From: Treponemataceae bacterium | Lineage (GTDB): Bacteria; Spirochaetota; Spirochaetia; Treponematales; Rectinemataceae | Direction of reading: 5' to 3' | Assembly: GCA_963678065.2 (NCBI GenBank) | Contig: CAXXVZ010000002.1 | Span: forward strand, 256,001-320,000 | Length of the DNA stretch: 64,000 nucleotides | Part shown: one piece after another, positions 1 through 9,808 of the stretch | How positions within the stretch are numbered: the stretch's first letter is position 1 | How the letters are laid out: every line of letters starts with the position of its first letter | Translations under genes and position numbers: made by a program | The notes under the pieces: model-generated | What the model was told of the DNA's origin: nothing | The model's database searches: none | Seen by the model: only the letters and a program-made list of their open reading frames with translations

Positions 1-218
1 TGATCATGGATTACATCCAGAAAGGAATCGTGGACGATTCGATCTGGCAGGACGGTGTCGGGCAGGGTGAAAACGTCGTCAGGCTCGCTGTCGACGCGAT
101 CAACGGGAAGAAAGTTGCCGATTTCTATTTGCCGTACGAGGTTTGCACGAAAGACAATATCGCGCATTATTTCGAGCTCGCGAAGGTACGCAACGCCTTG
201 GCGAAGAAGTACTTCTGA
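1..218 (+). CDS. Sugar ABC transporter substrate-binding protein, C-terminal fragment (gene begins before the window)
   Basis: ORF tail ...GIVDDSIWQDGVGQGENVVRLAVDAINGKKV...LPYEVCTKDN resembles RbsB/MglB-type C-termini; directly upstream of a CUT2 ATPase and permease. Confidence 0.75.
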   Translation, partial: IMDYIQKGIVDDSIWQDGVGQGENVVRLAVDAINGKKVADFYLPYEVCTKDNIAHYFELAKVRNALAKKYF

Positions 219-285
219 TATTTTCGCCCAGTTTCCGGCCACGGCGTGACCGCAGCCGGAAACTGAGCGCGCAGAAACGAGGGGC

Positions 286-1803
286 ATGGCGATGGCAGAC
301 GACGAAGTGATCCTCGAGATGAAGCATATTGACATGCGATTCCGGGGAGTCCATGCCGTGGACGATGTATCGTTTACACTGAGGCGGGGTGAAGTGCACG
401 CGCTGGTAGGGGAAAACGGCGCGGGAAAATCGACACTGATGAAAGTGCTGGTGGGGCTCTATACGCCAAACGCCGGCGAGATAGTGTTCGAGGGCAAGTC
501 TGTGAAGTTCCGGTCTGTGGGCGACACCCGTGCGGCAGGAATCTGCATGATCTTCCAGGAGTTCAACCAAGTCAAGCATCTGACGGTGATGGAGAACATC
601 TACTTGGGCCGGGAGCCGCGGACGCGGACAGGATCTATCGATTACAAGCGGATGCTCGAGGGCGCACAGACAATCCTCGACAAGATGGGCATCGAGATAG
701 ACCCAAAAGCGTTCGTGCGGGACCTGACAGTGGCCAAGCTGCAGCTGGTCGAGATAGTCAAAGCGGTATCGTACAATGCGCGCATAATCATCATGGATGA
801 ACCTACCTCGGCGCTGAGCGACACGGAAATTCAGCTACTTTTCAAGACTGTGACTGCGCTCCGCTCGGAGGGAAAGGCGATAGTGTTCATATCGCACAAG
901 CTCGAGGAAATTTTCGGGGTGTGCAACCGGGTGACAGTCCTGCGGGATGGGAAATATGTGCATTCGGACTTGGTGAAAAACATCAGTGAAGCCGATCTCA
1001 TACGCATGATGGTAGACCGGGAAATCTCGGACATGTTTCCCAAGGTAGAGTCGAACATCGGCGATGTAGTGCTCGAAGTGAAGGGTTTGACGTGCAAAGG
1101 GGTTTTCGAGGATATCAGCTTCAACCTCAGGCGGGGCGAGATCCTCGGGCTCGCAGGGCTCATGGGCGCGGGCCGGACCGAAGTAGTCGAAGCCATAATG
1201 GGAAGCAGAAAGTTGGATCGCGGAGAAATTTATCTCGAAGGCAAAAAAATCGTAAACCGCATGCCGGGTGATGCTATCGCCCGCGGAATCATCATGGTGC
1301 CGGAGGATCGCAAAAAGCACGGCCTCGCGCTCAAGCTGAGCGTCCGGGACAACATTCTGATGTCAGCGCTCCACAAGTGCCTCAGGGGTGGTTTCATCCG
1401 CAAAAAACTGGAAAAGAAGTACTCGGATGAATATATAAGCAAGCTCGAGATTAAAACGGATACGGACCGACAAGTCTGCGCGAACCTATCGGGCGGGAAT
1501 CAGCAGAAGGTGGTCATTGCACGGGTACTGAACGCCGATCCGAGCGTCATCATTCTGGACGAACCGACCCGGGGAATAGATGTCAAAACGAAAGCGGACA
1601 TCCATAAGCTCATGTCACAGCTCGCGGTGCAGGGTAAGGCGGTGCTTATGATATCCTCGGAACTGACCGAAGTCCTGGGCATGAGCGATAGAATCGTGAT
1701 CCTGCATGAAGGCACGTTGACGGGCACGCTCGATCGGAGCCAAGCGAACTCTAACCGCATCATGCAGTATGCGGTAGGCAAGACGGAAGAAGAGGTACAC
1801 TGA
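286..1803 (+). CDS. Monosaccharide (CUT2, RbsA/MglA-type) ABC ATP-binding protein with two NBDs
   Basis: Walker A GENGAGKS, IIIMDEPT, second domain LSGGNQQKV and ILDEPTRGID; 505 aa. Confidence 0.95.
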   Translation: MAMADDEVILEMKHIDMRFRGVHAVDDVSFTLRRGEVHALVGENGAGKSTLMKVLVGLYTPNAGEIVFEGKSVKFRSVGDTRAAGICMIFQEFNQVKHLTVMENIYLGREPRTRTGSIDYKRMLEGAQTILDKMGIEIDPKAFVRDLTVAKLQLVEIVKAVSYNARIIIMDEPTSALSDTEIQLLFKTVTALRSEGKAIVFISHKLEEIFGVCNRVTVLRDGKYVHSDLVKNISEADLIRMMVDREISDMFPKVESNIGDVVLEVKGLTCKGVFEDISFNLRRGEILGLAGLMGAGRTEVVEAIMGSRKLDRGEIYLEGKKIVNRMPGDAIARGIIMVPEDRKKHGLALKLSVRDNILMSALHKCLRGGFIRKKLEKKYSDEYISKLEIKTDTDRQVCANLSGGNQQKVVIARVLNADPSVIILDEPTRGIDVKTKADIHKLMSQLAVQGKAVLMISSELTEVLGMSDRIVILHEGTLTGTLDRSQANSNRIMQYAVGKTEEEVH

Positions 1804-1804
1804 A

Positions 1805-2800
1805 ATGGAATCACTGAGCAAAACACAGACAGGCCTGCGTGCATTCAGCGCAAAGTACAAGCTGAACAATTATGGTATCCAGATCGGTTTCGTCATCATC
1901 TTCATCTACCTCTCCGTCGCCACGCCAACCTTCTTCACCTACAGCAATTTCGTCACAATACTGCGCCAGGTGGCCTGCATCGGAATCGCGACGATCGCCG
2001 TCGGCATGCTCATCATAATGAACTGCATAGACCTCTCCATAGGCTCGCTGTTTGCGCTTTGCGGCATCACGGCCGGCCTCATGGTCTCCACTGGCAAAGA
2101 GGGCCTGGGTCTGCCTACCTATGTGGGCTTCGCCCTCGGCATCCTTACCGGCGTCCTCGTCGGCTTATTCAACGGCGTCACGATCGCCAAGGGCAAGATA
2201 CCTCCTTTTATCGTCACCATGGGCTCTATGTGGATCACCAGAGGACTCGCGCTGATTCTGGCCCACGGTATGCCAGTCGGCTCCTTCCCCAACTCTTTTG
2301 TCTATCTCGGAACGGCTTCTCTCGATCAAGGCAATATGATTCCCTGGTCGGTCCTCATCTTCCTCGTAATCGCGATTGTAATGGATTTCATCATGAAGAA
2401 ACGGCCTCTCGGGCGCTACATCTACGCGACGGGGGGGAACGAGGACGCCGCCATCGCAGCGGGCATCAACACCGCGCGGATAAAGATCAAAGCCTACCTC
2501 CTCGAAGGCGGCCTGGTCGGACTGGCGGCGACGCTGCTTGCCTCGCGGCTGAAATCGGCAGCCCCGGCCCTTGGGCAGGGCTACGAGCTCGACGCAATAG
2601 CCGGAGCCATTGTCGGCGGCGCAAGCTTCTCCGGTGGTATCGGCTCGGTCTGGGGGATGGTTCTCGGCGCTGTCATTATCGGCGTCATCAACAATGGCAT
2701 GGACCTGTTAGGCGTCCAGGCCTTCTACAAGCAGATCGTCAAAGGCTCGATAATCATCCTCGCCGTCCTGCTCGACAGACGACGCACCGGCCGGGGATAA
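1805..2800 (+). CDS. Monosaccharide ABC permease (RbsC/MglC-type)
   Basis: Hydrophobic 331 aa; IDLSIGS, IPPFIVTMG, GRYIYATGGNEDAA, YELDAIAGAIVGG motifs. Confidence 0.95.
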   Translation: MESLSKTQTGLRAFSAKYKLNNYGIQIGFVIIFIYLSVATPTFFTYSNFVTILRQVACIGIATIAVGMLIIMNCIDLSIGSLFALCGITAGLMVSTGKEGLGLPTYVGFALGILTGVLVGLFNGVTIAKGKIPPFIVTMGSMWITRGLALILAHGMPVGSFPNSFVYLGTASLDQGNMIPWSVLIFLVIAIVMDFIMKKRPLGRYIYATGGNEDAAIAAGINTARIKIKAYLLEGGLVGLAATLLASRLKSAAPALGQGYELDAIAGAIVGGASFSGGIGSVWGMVLGAVIIGVINNGMDLLGVQAFYKQIVKGSIIILAVLLDRRRTGRG

Positions 2801-2817
2801 AAAAAGAAGAATCACGC

Positions 2818-2845
2818 GCTGCCTTGCAGTTTCCTGCAAGGCAGC
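2818..2845. terminator. Perfect 12-bp hairpin ending the sugar ABC operon
   Basis: GCTGCCTTGCAG-TTTC-CTGCAAGGCAGC 17 nt after the permease stop; no strong U-tract on +, A-run upstream. Confidence 0.6.
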
Positions 2846-2922
2846 ATGTATTCAGCAGCCAGGCCAGATCCCGGATGGCATCGCAGACGGCTGCGATAAT
2901 ATCAATGTAATCATCAGGGCAC

Positions 2923-2951
2923 TTTACGCTTCTGTTAAGCTATTTTATACT
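2923..2951 (+). promoter_or_regulatory. Putative sigma70 promoter of the LacI gene
   Basis: TTTACG-17 nt-TATACT. Confidence 0.55.
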
Positions 2952-2999
2952 GAAAAACCAAACTAAGGAGGGAAAGATTCCGGCCACCGGGAGGGCAGC

Positions 3000-4019
3000 G
3001 TGTCTGACAAAACAAGGCAAACAACGGGATATGTGACCATCCGCGATATTGCGGAAAAGGCCGGAGTTTCTGTCAACTGCGTCAGCAGGGCGCTCAACGA
3101 CAAAAACGATATCGGCGAAGCGACCAAGGCGCGGGTCAAAATGATAGCCGAGGAGCTCGGCTATATCCGCCACGCTGCGGCTTCGGGGCTCAGGTCCGGC
3201 GGAACAAAATCGATAGGCGTGATCGTCACCCACATCGACAACGCCTTCTTTTCGAGAATACTCCAGGGCATCAGCGACTGCGTATCCAGCAAGGGCTACA
3301 CGGTGCTCATACTGGCCTCGAACGAAGACCCGGACACCGAGGCGGGAAACATCCGCCTCCTCATGGCCTACCGCGTCTCCGGGATACTGGTCGTGCCGGC
3401 CTGCGACCTGAAGAACACCATAGATTACGGCGCGATCCAGGCGCCCCACATCGAGATCGTCCGCCACATCGCGGCGGGCCCAGGCGGATACTTCGTCTCG
3501 GACTCGCGCCGCTCCGGCGAGCTGGCGGCCGAGCGCTTTCTCGCGACGGGAAGGCAAAGATGCGCGTATCTCGGTTTCGACAAGCCTGTGTCATGCAACA
3601 GGGACCGCATGAACGGCTATGTCCAGGGGCTCAGAAAAGGGAAAATCCCCTTCGGGGCCAAGTCGGCGCGCAGCTGCGAGGCGAACACCGAGGCAGCGTT
3701 CAGGACCATGTCGAAGTGGATACAAGAGGGCTTCGATTTCGACGGCCTGTTCGTCTACAACGACGCGATGGCATTCGGAGCCATCAGGGCCATGGTCGAC
3801 GCGGGCATCCGGGTCCCCGGCGAGGTGTCGGTGATCGGACACGACGATATCGAGACCGCCGCGTCGTTCATCCCGCGGCTCACCAGCATACAGGTGCCCA
3901 AGTATCGGCTCGGCTTCGACAGCGCCGGCTCCCTTCTCGAACGCATAGAGCCGCACGCGGAAGGCTTGCTGCCCAAACATGTCGTCTACGAACCAGAGCT
4001 GATTGTCCGCGAGACCTGA
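3000..4019 (+). CDS. LacI-family transcriptional regulator
   Basis: N-terminal HTH VTIRDIAEKAGVSVNCVSRALN; C-terminal YNDAMAFG and VPGEVSVIGHDD; GTG start after GGAGGG. Confidence 0.95.
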   Translation: MSDKTRQTTGYVTIRDIAEKAGVSVNCVSRALNDKNDIGEATKARVKMIAEELGYIRHAAASGLRSGGTKSIGVIVTHIDNAFFSRILQGISDCVSSKGYTVLILASNEDPDTEAGNIRLLMAYRVSGILVVPACDLKNTIDYGAIQAPHIEIVRHIAAGPGGYFVSDSRRSGELAAERFLATGRQRCAYLGFDKPVSCNRDRMNGYVQGLRKGKIPFGAKSARSCEANTEAAFRTMSKWIQEGFDFDGLFVYNDAMAFGAIRAMVDAGIRVPGEVSVIGHDDIETAASFIPRLTSIQVPKYRLGFDSAGSLLERIEPHAEGLLPKHVVYEPELIVRET

Positions 4020-4041
4020 TCCCCGTCATGGAGTCCGGAAC

Positions 4042-4092
4042 CGGCATTCCTGCGCTTCGCGAGTCGCGTGGGATGCCGTTTCATTGTTTTTA
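4042..4092 (+). terminator. Putative intrinsic terminator after the LacI gene
   Basis: CGGCATTCC...GGGATGCCG stem followed by TTTCATTGTTTTT. Confidence 0.5.
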
Positions 4093-4145
4093 TGCGGTAA
4101 AAGCCCGAATCATTGGATATTTATTTCAATAACTGCCCCACCAGC

Positions 4146-4173
4146 TTGTATTGGTGAAAATGGTCGATATAAT
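4146..4173 (+). promoter_or_regulatory. Putative sigma70 promoter of the opp operon
   Basis: TTGTAT-16 nt-TATAAT. Confidence 0.5.
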
Positions 4174-4252
4174 CCGAAAAAGAAGCGACTCATCCTTTCA
4201 TCGGGGCAGGATCGCCCCCGGAAGCATCCGGGAATCACAAAGGGAGGTTTGT

Positions 4253-5848
4253 ATGGCAGGACAGAGAAATGTGGCGCTGCTCGCGGCGGTGGCACTGATG
4301 GCCTTCGGCGCGGTCGCGAGTCTCGCCGCGGCGCCGAAAGAGCAGAAAATCGTCTATGCCCTGGGCGGCGAAGCGGAGACGCTGGATCCGACCAAGAATG
4401 TGTATTCACGATCGTCCATCGTGCTGCAGAACCTCTTCAGGGGTCTGTACAAGATGGGAGAGGACGGCACGACGGAACCTTCCATGGCCGCCGATGTCAC
4501 CATCGACAAGACGGGGACAAAATATGTATTCAAGCTGCGGGACGCCCTCTGGTCCGACGGCAAACCCGTGACCGCCATGGATTTCGAGTACTCGTGGAAG
4601 CGCGTCCTCAACCCCGAGACCGCCTCCAAGGCGGCTTTCTACCTCTATTATCTGAAGAACGGCAAAGCCTACAACGACGGCAAGGCTAAGGCCGAAGATG
4701 TCGGCGTCAAGGCTCTGGATGCGAAGACCCTGGAAGTCACCCTCGAGAACCCGACAGCCTACTTCCTGGACCTCCTCTGCGTCACCGCCTACTACCCGGT
4801 GCGCAAAGACGTCGTCGAAACTGCTACCCCCTGGACCAAATCTCCCTCGACCTACATCTCCAACGGCCCCTTCAAGCTCACCGAGATCAAGCCGAAGGAG
4901 AAGTACGTTCTCAAGAAGAACCCCAACTACGTCGACGCCGCGAAGGTGAAGCTCGAGACGCTCGAGATCGTGTTCATAGAGGCCGCCGAGGCCGAACTCG
5001 CCGCATACATGGGCGGCTCGATCTCCGTTTCCGACAATATGAACGCCGAGTCCGTGAAGATGTTCGAGAAGACGCCCGAGTTCTACTCGGTGCCGCGGAT
5101 CGGCGTCTACTACTTCGACATCAACACCACGAAAAAGCCCTTCGACGACGCGAGGGTGCGCAAGGCCTTCGCGATCAGCTTCAACCGCGAGCAGGTCGTG
5201 CGCAACGTCCTGCAGCTCACCGAAAGACCAGCCTACGGCATGATTCCTTATGGCATTCCCTACGCCACGAAGCCGGCCAAGAATTTCCGCGACATCGTTC
5301 CGGAACCCTTCAAAGAGGATATCGCCGCCGCGAAAAAGCTGCTGGCCGATGCCGGCTACCCCGACGGCAAGGGACTGCCTCCCGTCACGATCACCGTCAT
5401 GAACAACCAGAGCAACAAGGACGCGGCGCAGGCCATGCAGGCCATGTGGAAGAAGAACCTCGGCGTCGAAGTGACCATCCAGACCTGGGAGTCCAAGGTC
5501 TACTGGGACGAGATGAGCAACGGCAACTTCCAGATAATGCGCGATGGCTGGACCGGAGACTACCCCGATCCGATGACCAACCTTGACATCTTCGAGTCCT
5601 CGCAGACCGACGACGACAACCGCTGGGTCAACAAAGAATACGACAGGCTCCTCGCGGAAAACCGCAAGATCACCGACCAGCAGAAGCGGATGGACAACTT
5701 TGCCAAAGCCGAGAAGATCCTGATGGACGAGATGCCGGTCTTCCCGCTCTACTACTACACGGATACGTTCATCGCGAAGCCCGGCGTCAAGGGCGTGACC
5801 AAGAACTTCATCGGCCACACGTTCTTCGAATATGCCTCGGTGGAGTGA
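4253..5848 (+). CDS. oppA: Oligopeptide ABC transporter substrate-binding protein
   Basis: ATG 4253 after AGGGAGG; signal peptide MAGQRNVALLAAVALMAFGAVASLA; family-5 motifs WSDGKPVTAMDFEYSWKR, NGPFKL, GWTGDYPDPMT. Confidence 0.93.
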   Translation: MAGQRNVALLAAVALMAFGAVASLAAAPKEQKIVYALGGEAETLDPTKNVYSRSSIVLQNLFRGLYKMGEDGTTEPSMAADVTIDKTGTKYVFKLRDALWSDGKPVTAMDFEYSWKRVLNPETASKAAFYLYYLKNGKAYNDGKAKAEDVGVKALDAKTLEVTLENPTAYFLDLLCVTAYYPVRKDVVETATPWTKSPSTYISNGPFKLTEIKPKEKYVLKKNPNYVDAAKVKLETLEIVFIEAAEAELAAYMGGSISVSDNMNAESVKMFEKTPEFYSVPRIGVYYFDINTTKKPFDDARVRKAFAISFNREQVVRNVLQLTERPAYGMIPYGIPYATKPAKNFRDIVPEPFKEDIAAAKKLLADAGYPDGKGLPPVTITVMNNQSNKDAAQAMQAMWKKNLGVEVTIQTWESKVYWDEMSNGNFQIMRDGWTGDYPDPMTNLDIFESSQTDDDNRWVNKEYDRLLAENRKITDQQKRMDNFAKAEKILMDEMPVFPLYYYTDTFIAKPGVKGVTKNFIGHTFFEYASVE

Positions 5849-5857
5849 TTCACATTC

Positions 5858-5893
5858 GTCCGGCCGGGCCGACAGGAGTCGGTCCGGCCGGAC
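5858..5893 (+). other. 16-bp stem-loop between oppA and oppB (likely mRNA stability or stoichiometry element)
   Basis: GTCCGGCCGGGCCGAC-AGGA-GTCGGTCCGGCCGGAC, one G.U pair, no U-tract. Confidence 0.6.
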
Positions 5894-5934
5894 TGTGCGG
5901 TGGATCCGGATTCTTGTTGCCCGGGAGGGCGTCG

Positions 5935-6861
5935 ATGCTCGCATATATCGTGAAACGCCTGTTCGCAGGACTCCTTACACTTCTCGTACTGATCACCCTC
6001 ACGTTTGCGCTGATGCACGCCATTCCCGGCGGGCCCTTCAGCCCTACCGAAGAGAAGAAAGTCCCCAAAAGCATTCTCATGAAAATCCAGGAGAAGTACG
6101 GACTCGACAAACCCCTGCCCGTCCAGTACTTCAGCTACCTCCGCAGTCTCGCGCGCGGCGACCTCGGCATCTCCTTCAAACAGGAGGACGTGACGATCAA
6201 CGAGCTGATCGAGCAGGGCTTCCCCGTATCGGCCAGGGTCGGCGCCCTCGCCGTGATTCTGTCGCTCTGTGTCGGCATACCTCTCGGCATCATCTCCGCC
6301 GTGAAGCGCGGCAAATGGATGGACTGGGCTTCCATGATCTTTGCCACGCTGGGGGTATCGATTCCGAGCTTCGTGCTCGCCGTCCTCCTCATGTTCCTTT
6401 TCTCCGTGGTCCTGCGCGTCCTGCCCGTGTACGGACTCTCTTCATGGAAACACTACATCCTGCCGGTCGCGGGTCTCTCCTTCGGGCCGATTTCCTACAT
6501 AACGCGCCTCATGCGCTCGAGTATGCTTGAGGTTATGCGGCAGGACTATATCATCACCGCGAGATCGAAAGGCGTGCGCGAGTTCTTCGTCATCACAAAA
6601 CATGCCCTGCGCAACGCCGTCATCCCCGTGGTCACTTACCTCGGGCCCCTCATCGCGGGACTCCTCACCGGCAGCTTCGTCATCGAGCGGCTGTTCACGA
6701 TTCCGGGTATCGGCCGCTACTTCGTGAGCAGCATCGGAGACCGGGATTACTCGGTTCTCCTCGGCATGACGATATTCTTCGGCGCCTTCATCATCATAGC
6801 CAACCTTGTCGTGGACATTCTCTACGCCATCATAGACCCGAGGGTGAAAATAAATGAGTGA
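5935..6861 (+). CDS. oppB: Oligopeptide ABC permease
   Basis: MLAYIVKRL start after GGGAGG; IPGGPF, YGLDKPLPVQY, TARSKGV, HALRNA, DILYAIIDPRVK. Confidence 0.93.
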   Translation: MLAYIVKRLFAGLLTLLVLITLTFALMHAIPGGPFSPTEEKKVPKSILMKIQEKYGLDKPLPVQYFSYLRSLARGDLGISFKQEDVTINELIEQGFPVSARVGALAVILSLCVGIPLGIISAVKRGKWMDWASMIFATLGVSIPSFVLAVLLMFLFSVVLRVLPVYGLSSWKHYILPVAGLSFGPISYITRLMRSSMLEVMRQDYIITARSKGVREFFVITKHALRNAVIPVVTYLGPLIAGLLTGSFVIERLFTIPGIGRYFVSSIGDRDYSVLLGMTIFFGAFIIIANLVVDILYAIIDPRVKINE

Positions 6862-7804
6862 AGCGGACAGCGCTGCCCGATTCGAACCCGCATTCGAGCC
6901 ATCGGCCGAGCTTTTCGAAGCGATCGATTCCGGCACGGAGGCTGAAGCTATCGCGAGGCCCAGCCGCAGCTACTGGCAGGATGCCTGGGCCAGGTTCCGG
7001 AAAGACCCCCTCGCCATGCTGGGGCTTTTCATCGTTGTCACGATCACGCTCTTCGCGGTGTTTTATCCGATCGTCTCGCCCTACAGCTACGACGGCCAGG
7101 ACATCGTCAACCAGAATCAGGGGCCATCGGGGGCTCACTGGTTCGGCACCGACAAATTCGGAAGGGACATCTTCGTCCGCGTATGCTACGGGGCGCGAAT
7201 CAGCCTCTCCATCGGCGTGGTCACCGCGGCGATCAACATGGTGGTCGGCGTCGTCTACGGGGGAATCTCCGGATTCTTCGGCGGCAGGCTGGACATGGTG
7301 TTGATGCGCATCGTCGACATCCTCATCGGCCTGCCCTCCCTCCTCTACATCATCCTCATCATGATGTTCCTCGGGAACACGATGCGGAGTATCCTCATCG
7401 CGCTCTGCCTCACCTACTGGATCGGAACGGCGCGCATGGTCCGCTCCCAGGTGCTCAGCCTGAAGCACCTCGATTACGCCCTCGCGGCCAAGGTACTCGG
7501 GGCATCCGATCTGAAAATCCTCTTCCGCCACCTCATCCCCAACAGCATGGGGCCCATCATCGTCACGGTAACCTTCCTCATCCCCTCGGCCATCTTCTCG
7601 GAGGCCTTCCTGAGCTTCCTGGGGATCGGCATCCAGGTACCGATGGCGAGCTGGGGCACCCTCGTGAACGAGGCTATTCCGATGCTCTTCACCAAGCCCT
7701 ACCAGATGCTCTTTCCCGCCCTGGCGATCAGCGTCACCATCTTCGCGCTCAACTTCATCGGGGACGGCCTGCGCGATGCCCTCGACCCCCGCCTGAGACG
7801 CTGA
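6854..7804 (+). CDS. oppC: Oligopeptide ABC permease
   Basis: [45 protein letters not shown]. Confidence 0.93.
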   Translation: MSEADSAARFEPAFEPSAELFEAIDSGTEAEAIARPSRSYWQDAWARFRKDPLAMLGLFIVVTITLFAVFYPIVSPYSYDGQDIVNQNQGPSGAHWFGTDKFGRDIFVRVCYGARISLSIGVVTAAINMVVGVVYGGISGFFGGRLDMVLMRIVDILIGLPSLLYIILIMMFLGNTMRSILIALCLTYWIGTARMVRSQVLSLKHLDYALAAKVLGASDLKILFRHLIPNSMGPIIVTVTFLIPSAIFSEAFLSFLGIGIQVPMASWGTLVNEAIPMLFTKPYQMLFPALAISVTIFALNFIGDGLRDALDPRLRR

Positions 7805-7816
7805 AGGGCCCGCGGG

Positions 7817-8818
7817 ATGAAGCTCCTCGACATCAGAAACCTGAAAACGACATTCAAGACCGACGCGGGCCTCGTGCGCGCAGTTCGGGGCGTCTCCTTC
7901 GGCATCGAGGTGGGCGAATCGGTGGGCATCGTCGGCGAGTCGGGTTCGGGCAAGAGCGTGACCATGCTCTCTCTTCTCAGGCTCCTGCCGCCCCAGGCGA
8001 GCATCGAATCGGACGGCATCATGTTCGCGGGCCGGGATCTGGCCGGGCTGAGCCACAGCGATATGCGTCCCGTCTACGGCAAGGAGATCGGCATCATCTT
8101 CCAGGACCCGATGACATCGCTCAACCCTCTTCTGACAGTGGGCAACCAGATTTCCGAGTCCCTGAAGATCCACAAGGGTCTGCGCGGGGCCGCCGCCGAA
8201 GAGAAAGTGAAGGAAATACTGAGCCTCGTGGAGATTCCCGATCCGGAGCAGCGCCTGAAGCAGTACCCTTACGAGTTCTCGGGCGGAATGCGCCAGCGGG
8301 TGATGATTGCCATCGCGATAGCCTGCGAGCCGAAGCTCCTCATCGCGGACGAGCCGACGACAGCCCTGGACGTCACCATCCAGGCGCAGATCCTCGACCT
8401 CATGCGGAACCTGAAACGGCGGCTGGATACCTCGATCATCCTCATCAGCCACGACCTGGGCGTGATCGCGGGCATGTGCTCCCGCGTCTTCGTGATGTAC
8501 GGTGGCAAGATCGCCGAAACCGGCACGGTGGACGAAATTTTCTACGATCCGCGGCACCCCTACACGTGGGGACTCCTGCGCTCGATCCCCGAGGTCGACG
8601 CGACTGTCCGCCGGAAGCTCGTGCCGATACCGGGCAGCCCCCCCGATCTTCTCGCGCCGCCGCCCGGCTGCGCCTTCGCGCCGAGGTGCGCCTGCGCCAT
8701 GAAGGTCTGCGCCCTGCACGAACCGCCCGACACGGTCCTGTCGGACACGCACAGGGCCTCCTGCTGGCTCCTCCACGCCCGGGCTCCGAAACGCGCCTGG
8801 GAAGGGGCGCGGCCATGA
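7817..8818 (+). CDS. oppD: Oligopeptide ABC ATP-binding protein
   Basis: [36 protein letters not shown]-terminal Cys cluster. Confidence 0.95.
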   Translation: MKLLDIRNLKTTFKTDAGLVRAVRGVSFGIEVGESVGIVGESGSGKSVTMLSLLRLLPPQASIESDGIMFAGRDLAGLSHSDMRPVYGKEIGIIFQDPMTSLNPLLTVGNQISESLKIHKGLRGAAAEEKVKEILSLVEIPDPEQRLKQYPYEFSGGMRQRVMIAIAIACEPKLLIADEPTTALDVTIQAQILDLMRNLKRRLDTSIILISHDLGVIAGMCSRVFVMYGGKIAETGTVDEIFYDPRHPYTWGLLRSIPEVDATVRRKLVPIPGSPPDLLAPPPGCAFAPRCACAMKVCALHEPPDTVLSDTHRASCWLLHARAPKRAWEGARP

Positions 8819-9777
8819 TCGAAGTGCGCAACCTGAAAAAACATTTCGAAATGCGCAAAGGCTTCTTCGGCGGGAAAACGCGGATCCTGAAAGCGGTGGA
8901 CGGCATCAGTTTTTCGATAGCCAAGGGGGAGACCTACAGCCTCGTCGGCGAGTCGGGCTGCGGCAAGACGACGGCCGCCCGCACGATCATCAGGATCTAC
9001 GATCCGACGGCGGGCAGCATCCTGTACGACGGCGCCGACATCTCGACCTTGAGCGCGAAAGAGCTTCTGCCCTGGCGCAAGAAGATGCAGATGATTTTCC
9101 AGGATCCCTATTCCTCGCTGGATCCCCGCATGACGGTGGGCGACATAGTCGGGGAGGCGCTCTCCCTGCACGGTCTCCGGAAAGGGAAGGAGGCGGGCGA
9201 GCGGGTCCGCGAACTGATCGGTCTCGTGGGGCTCAAGAGCGACCACATCAACCGCTATCCGCACGAATTTTCGGGCGGCCAGCGGCAGAGGATCGGAATC
9301 GCTCGCGCGCTCGCCGTCGAACCCGAGTTCATCATCTGCGACGAGCCGATATCGGCCCTGGACGTGTCGATCCAGGCCCAGGTCGTGAACATGCTGGAGG
9401 ATCTCCAGGAACGCTTCGGCCTGACCTACCTCTTCGTGTCGCACGATCTTTCCATGGTCAGGCACATCTCGCACCGGGTCGGGGTCATGTACCTGGGCAG
9501 CCTCGTGGAGACCGGGCCCGTCGCCGAGCTCTACACGGCGATGCGCCATCCCTACACCAAGGCGCTGCTCTCCGCGGTGCCGATAGCCGACCCCAAACGG
9601 TCCAGAGCCTCGCGGCGCATCATCCTGGGCGGCGACGTGCCCAGCCCCTTGAATCCGCCCTCGGGCTGCGCCTTCCGCACGCGATGCTCGCGCGCGATGC
9701 CGCGATGTGCGGAAGAAAAGCCCGAACTGAGGCAGATAGGCCCCGATCACTGCATGGCCTGCCATCTCGAGGGATGA
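8815..9777 (+). CDS. oppF: Oligopeptide ABC ATP-binding protein
   Basis: Real start [11 protein letters not shown] at 8815 (ATGA overlap with oppD); [36 protein letters not shown]. Confidence 0.95.
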   Translation: MIEVRNLKKHFEMRKGFFGGKTRILKAVDGISFSIAKGETYSLVGESGCGKTTAARTIIRIYDPTAGSILYDGADISTLSAKELLPWRKKMQMIFQDPYSSLDPRMTVGDIVGEALSLHGLRKGKEAGERVRELIGLVGLKSDHINRYPHEFSGGQRQRIGIARALAVEPEFIICDEPISALDVSIQAQVVNMLEDLQERFGLTYLFVSHDLSMVRHISHRVGVMYLGSLVETGPVAELYTAMRHPYTKALLSAVPIADPKRSRASRRIILGGDVPSPLNPPSGCAFRTRCSRAMPRCAEEKPELRQIGPDHCMACHLEG

Positions 9778-9808
9778 ACAGCGCGAGAGTTCGGAAAAAG
9801 GAGCATCC

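Noticed and set aside
1..2950. Second horizontally acquired block (slightly lower GC)
   Set aside because: The shift is modest by eye, the left boundary is outside the window, and no mobility signal is visible.
4174..4252. Riboswitch in the oppA leader
   Set aside because: Only a short GC hairpin, with no conserved aptamer motif that I can recognise. An Rfam scan would settle it.
7183..8814. 864-aa ORF suggesting a giant OppF or an overprinted gene
   Set aside because: Only the part from 8815 has ABC motifs. The upstream part is Arg/Pro/Gly-rich off-frame read-through of oppC/oppD, expected in GC-rich DNA.
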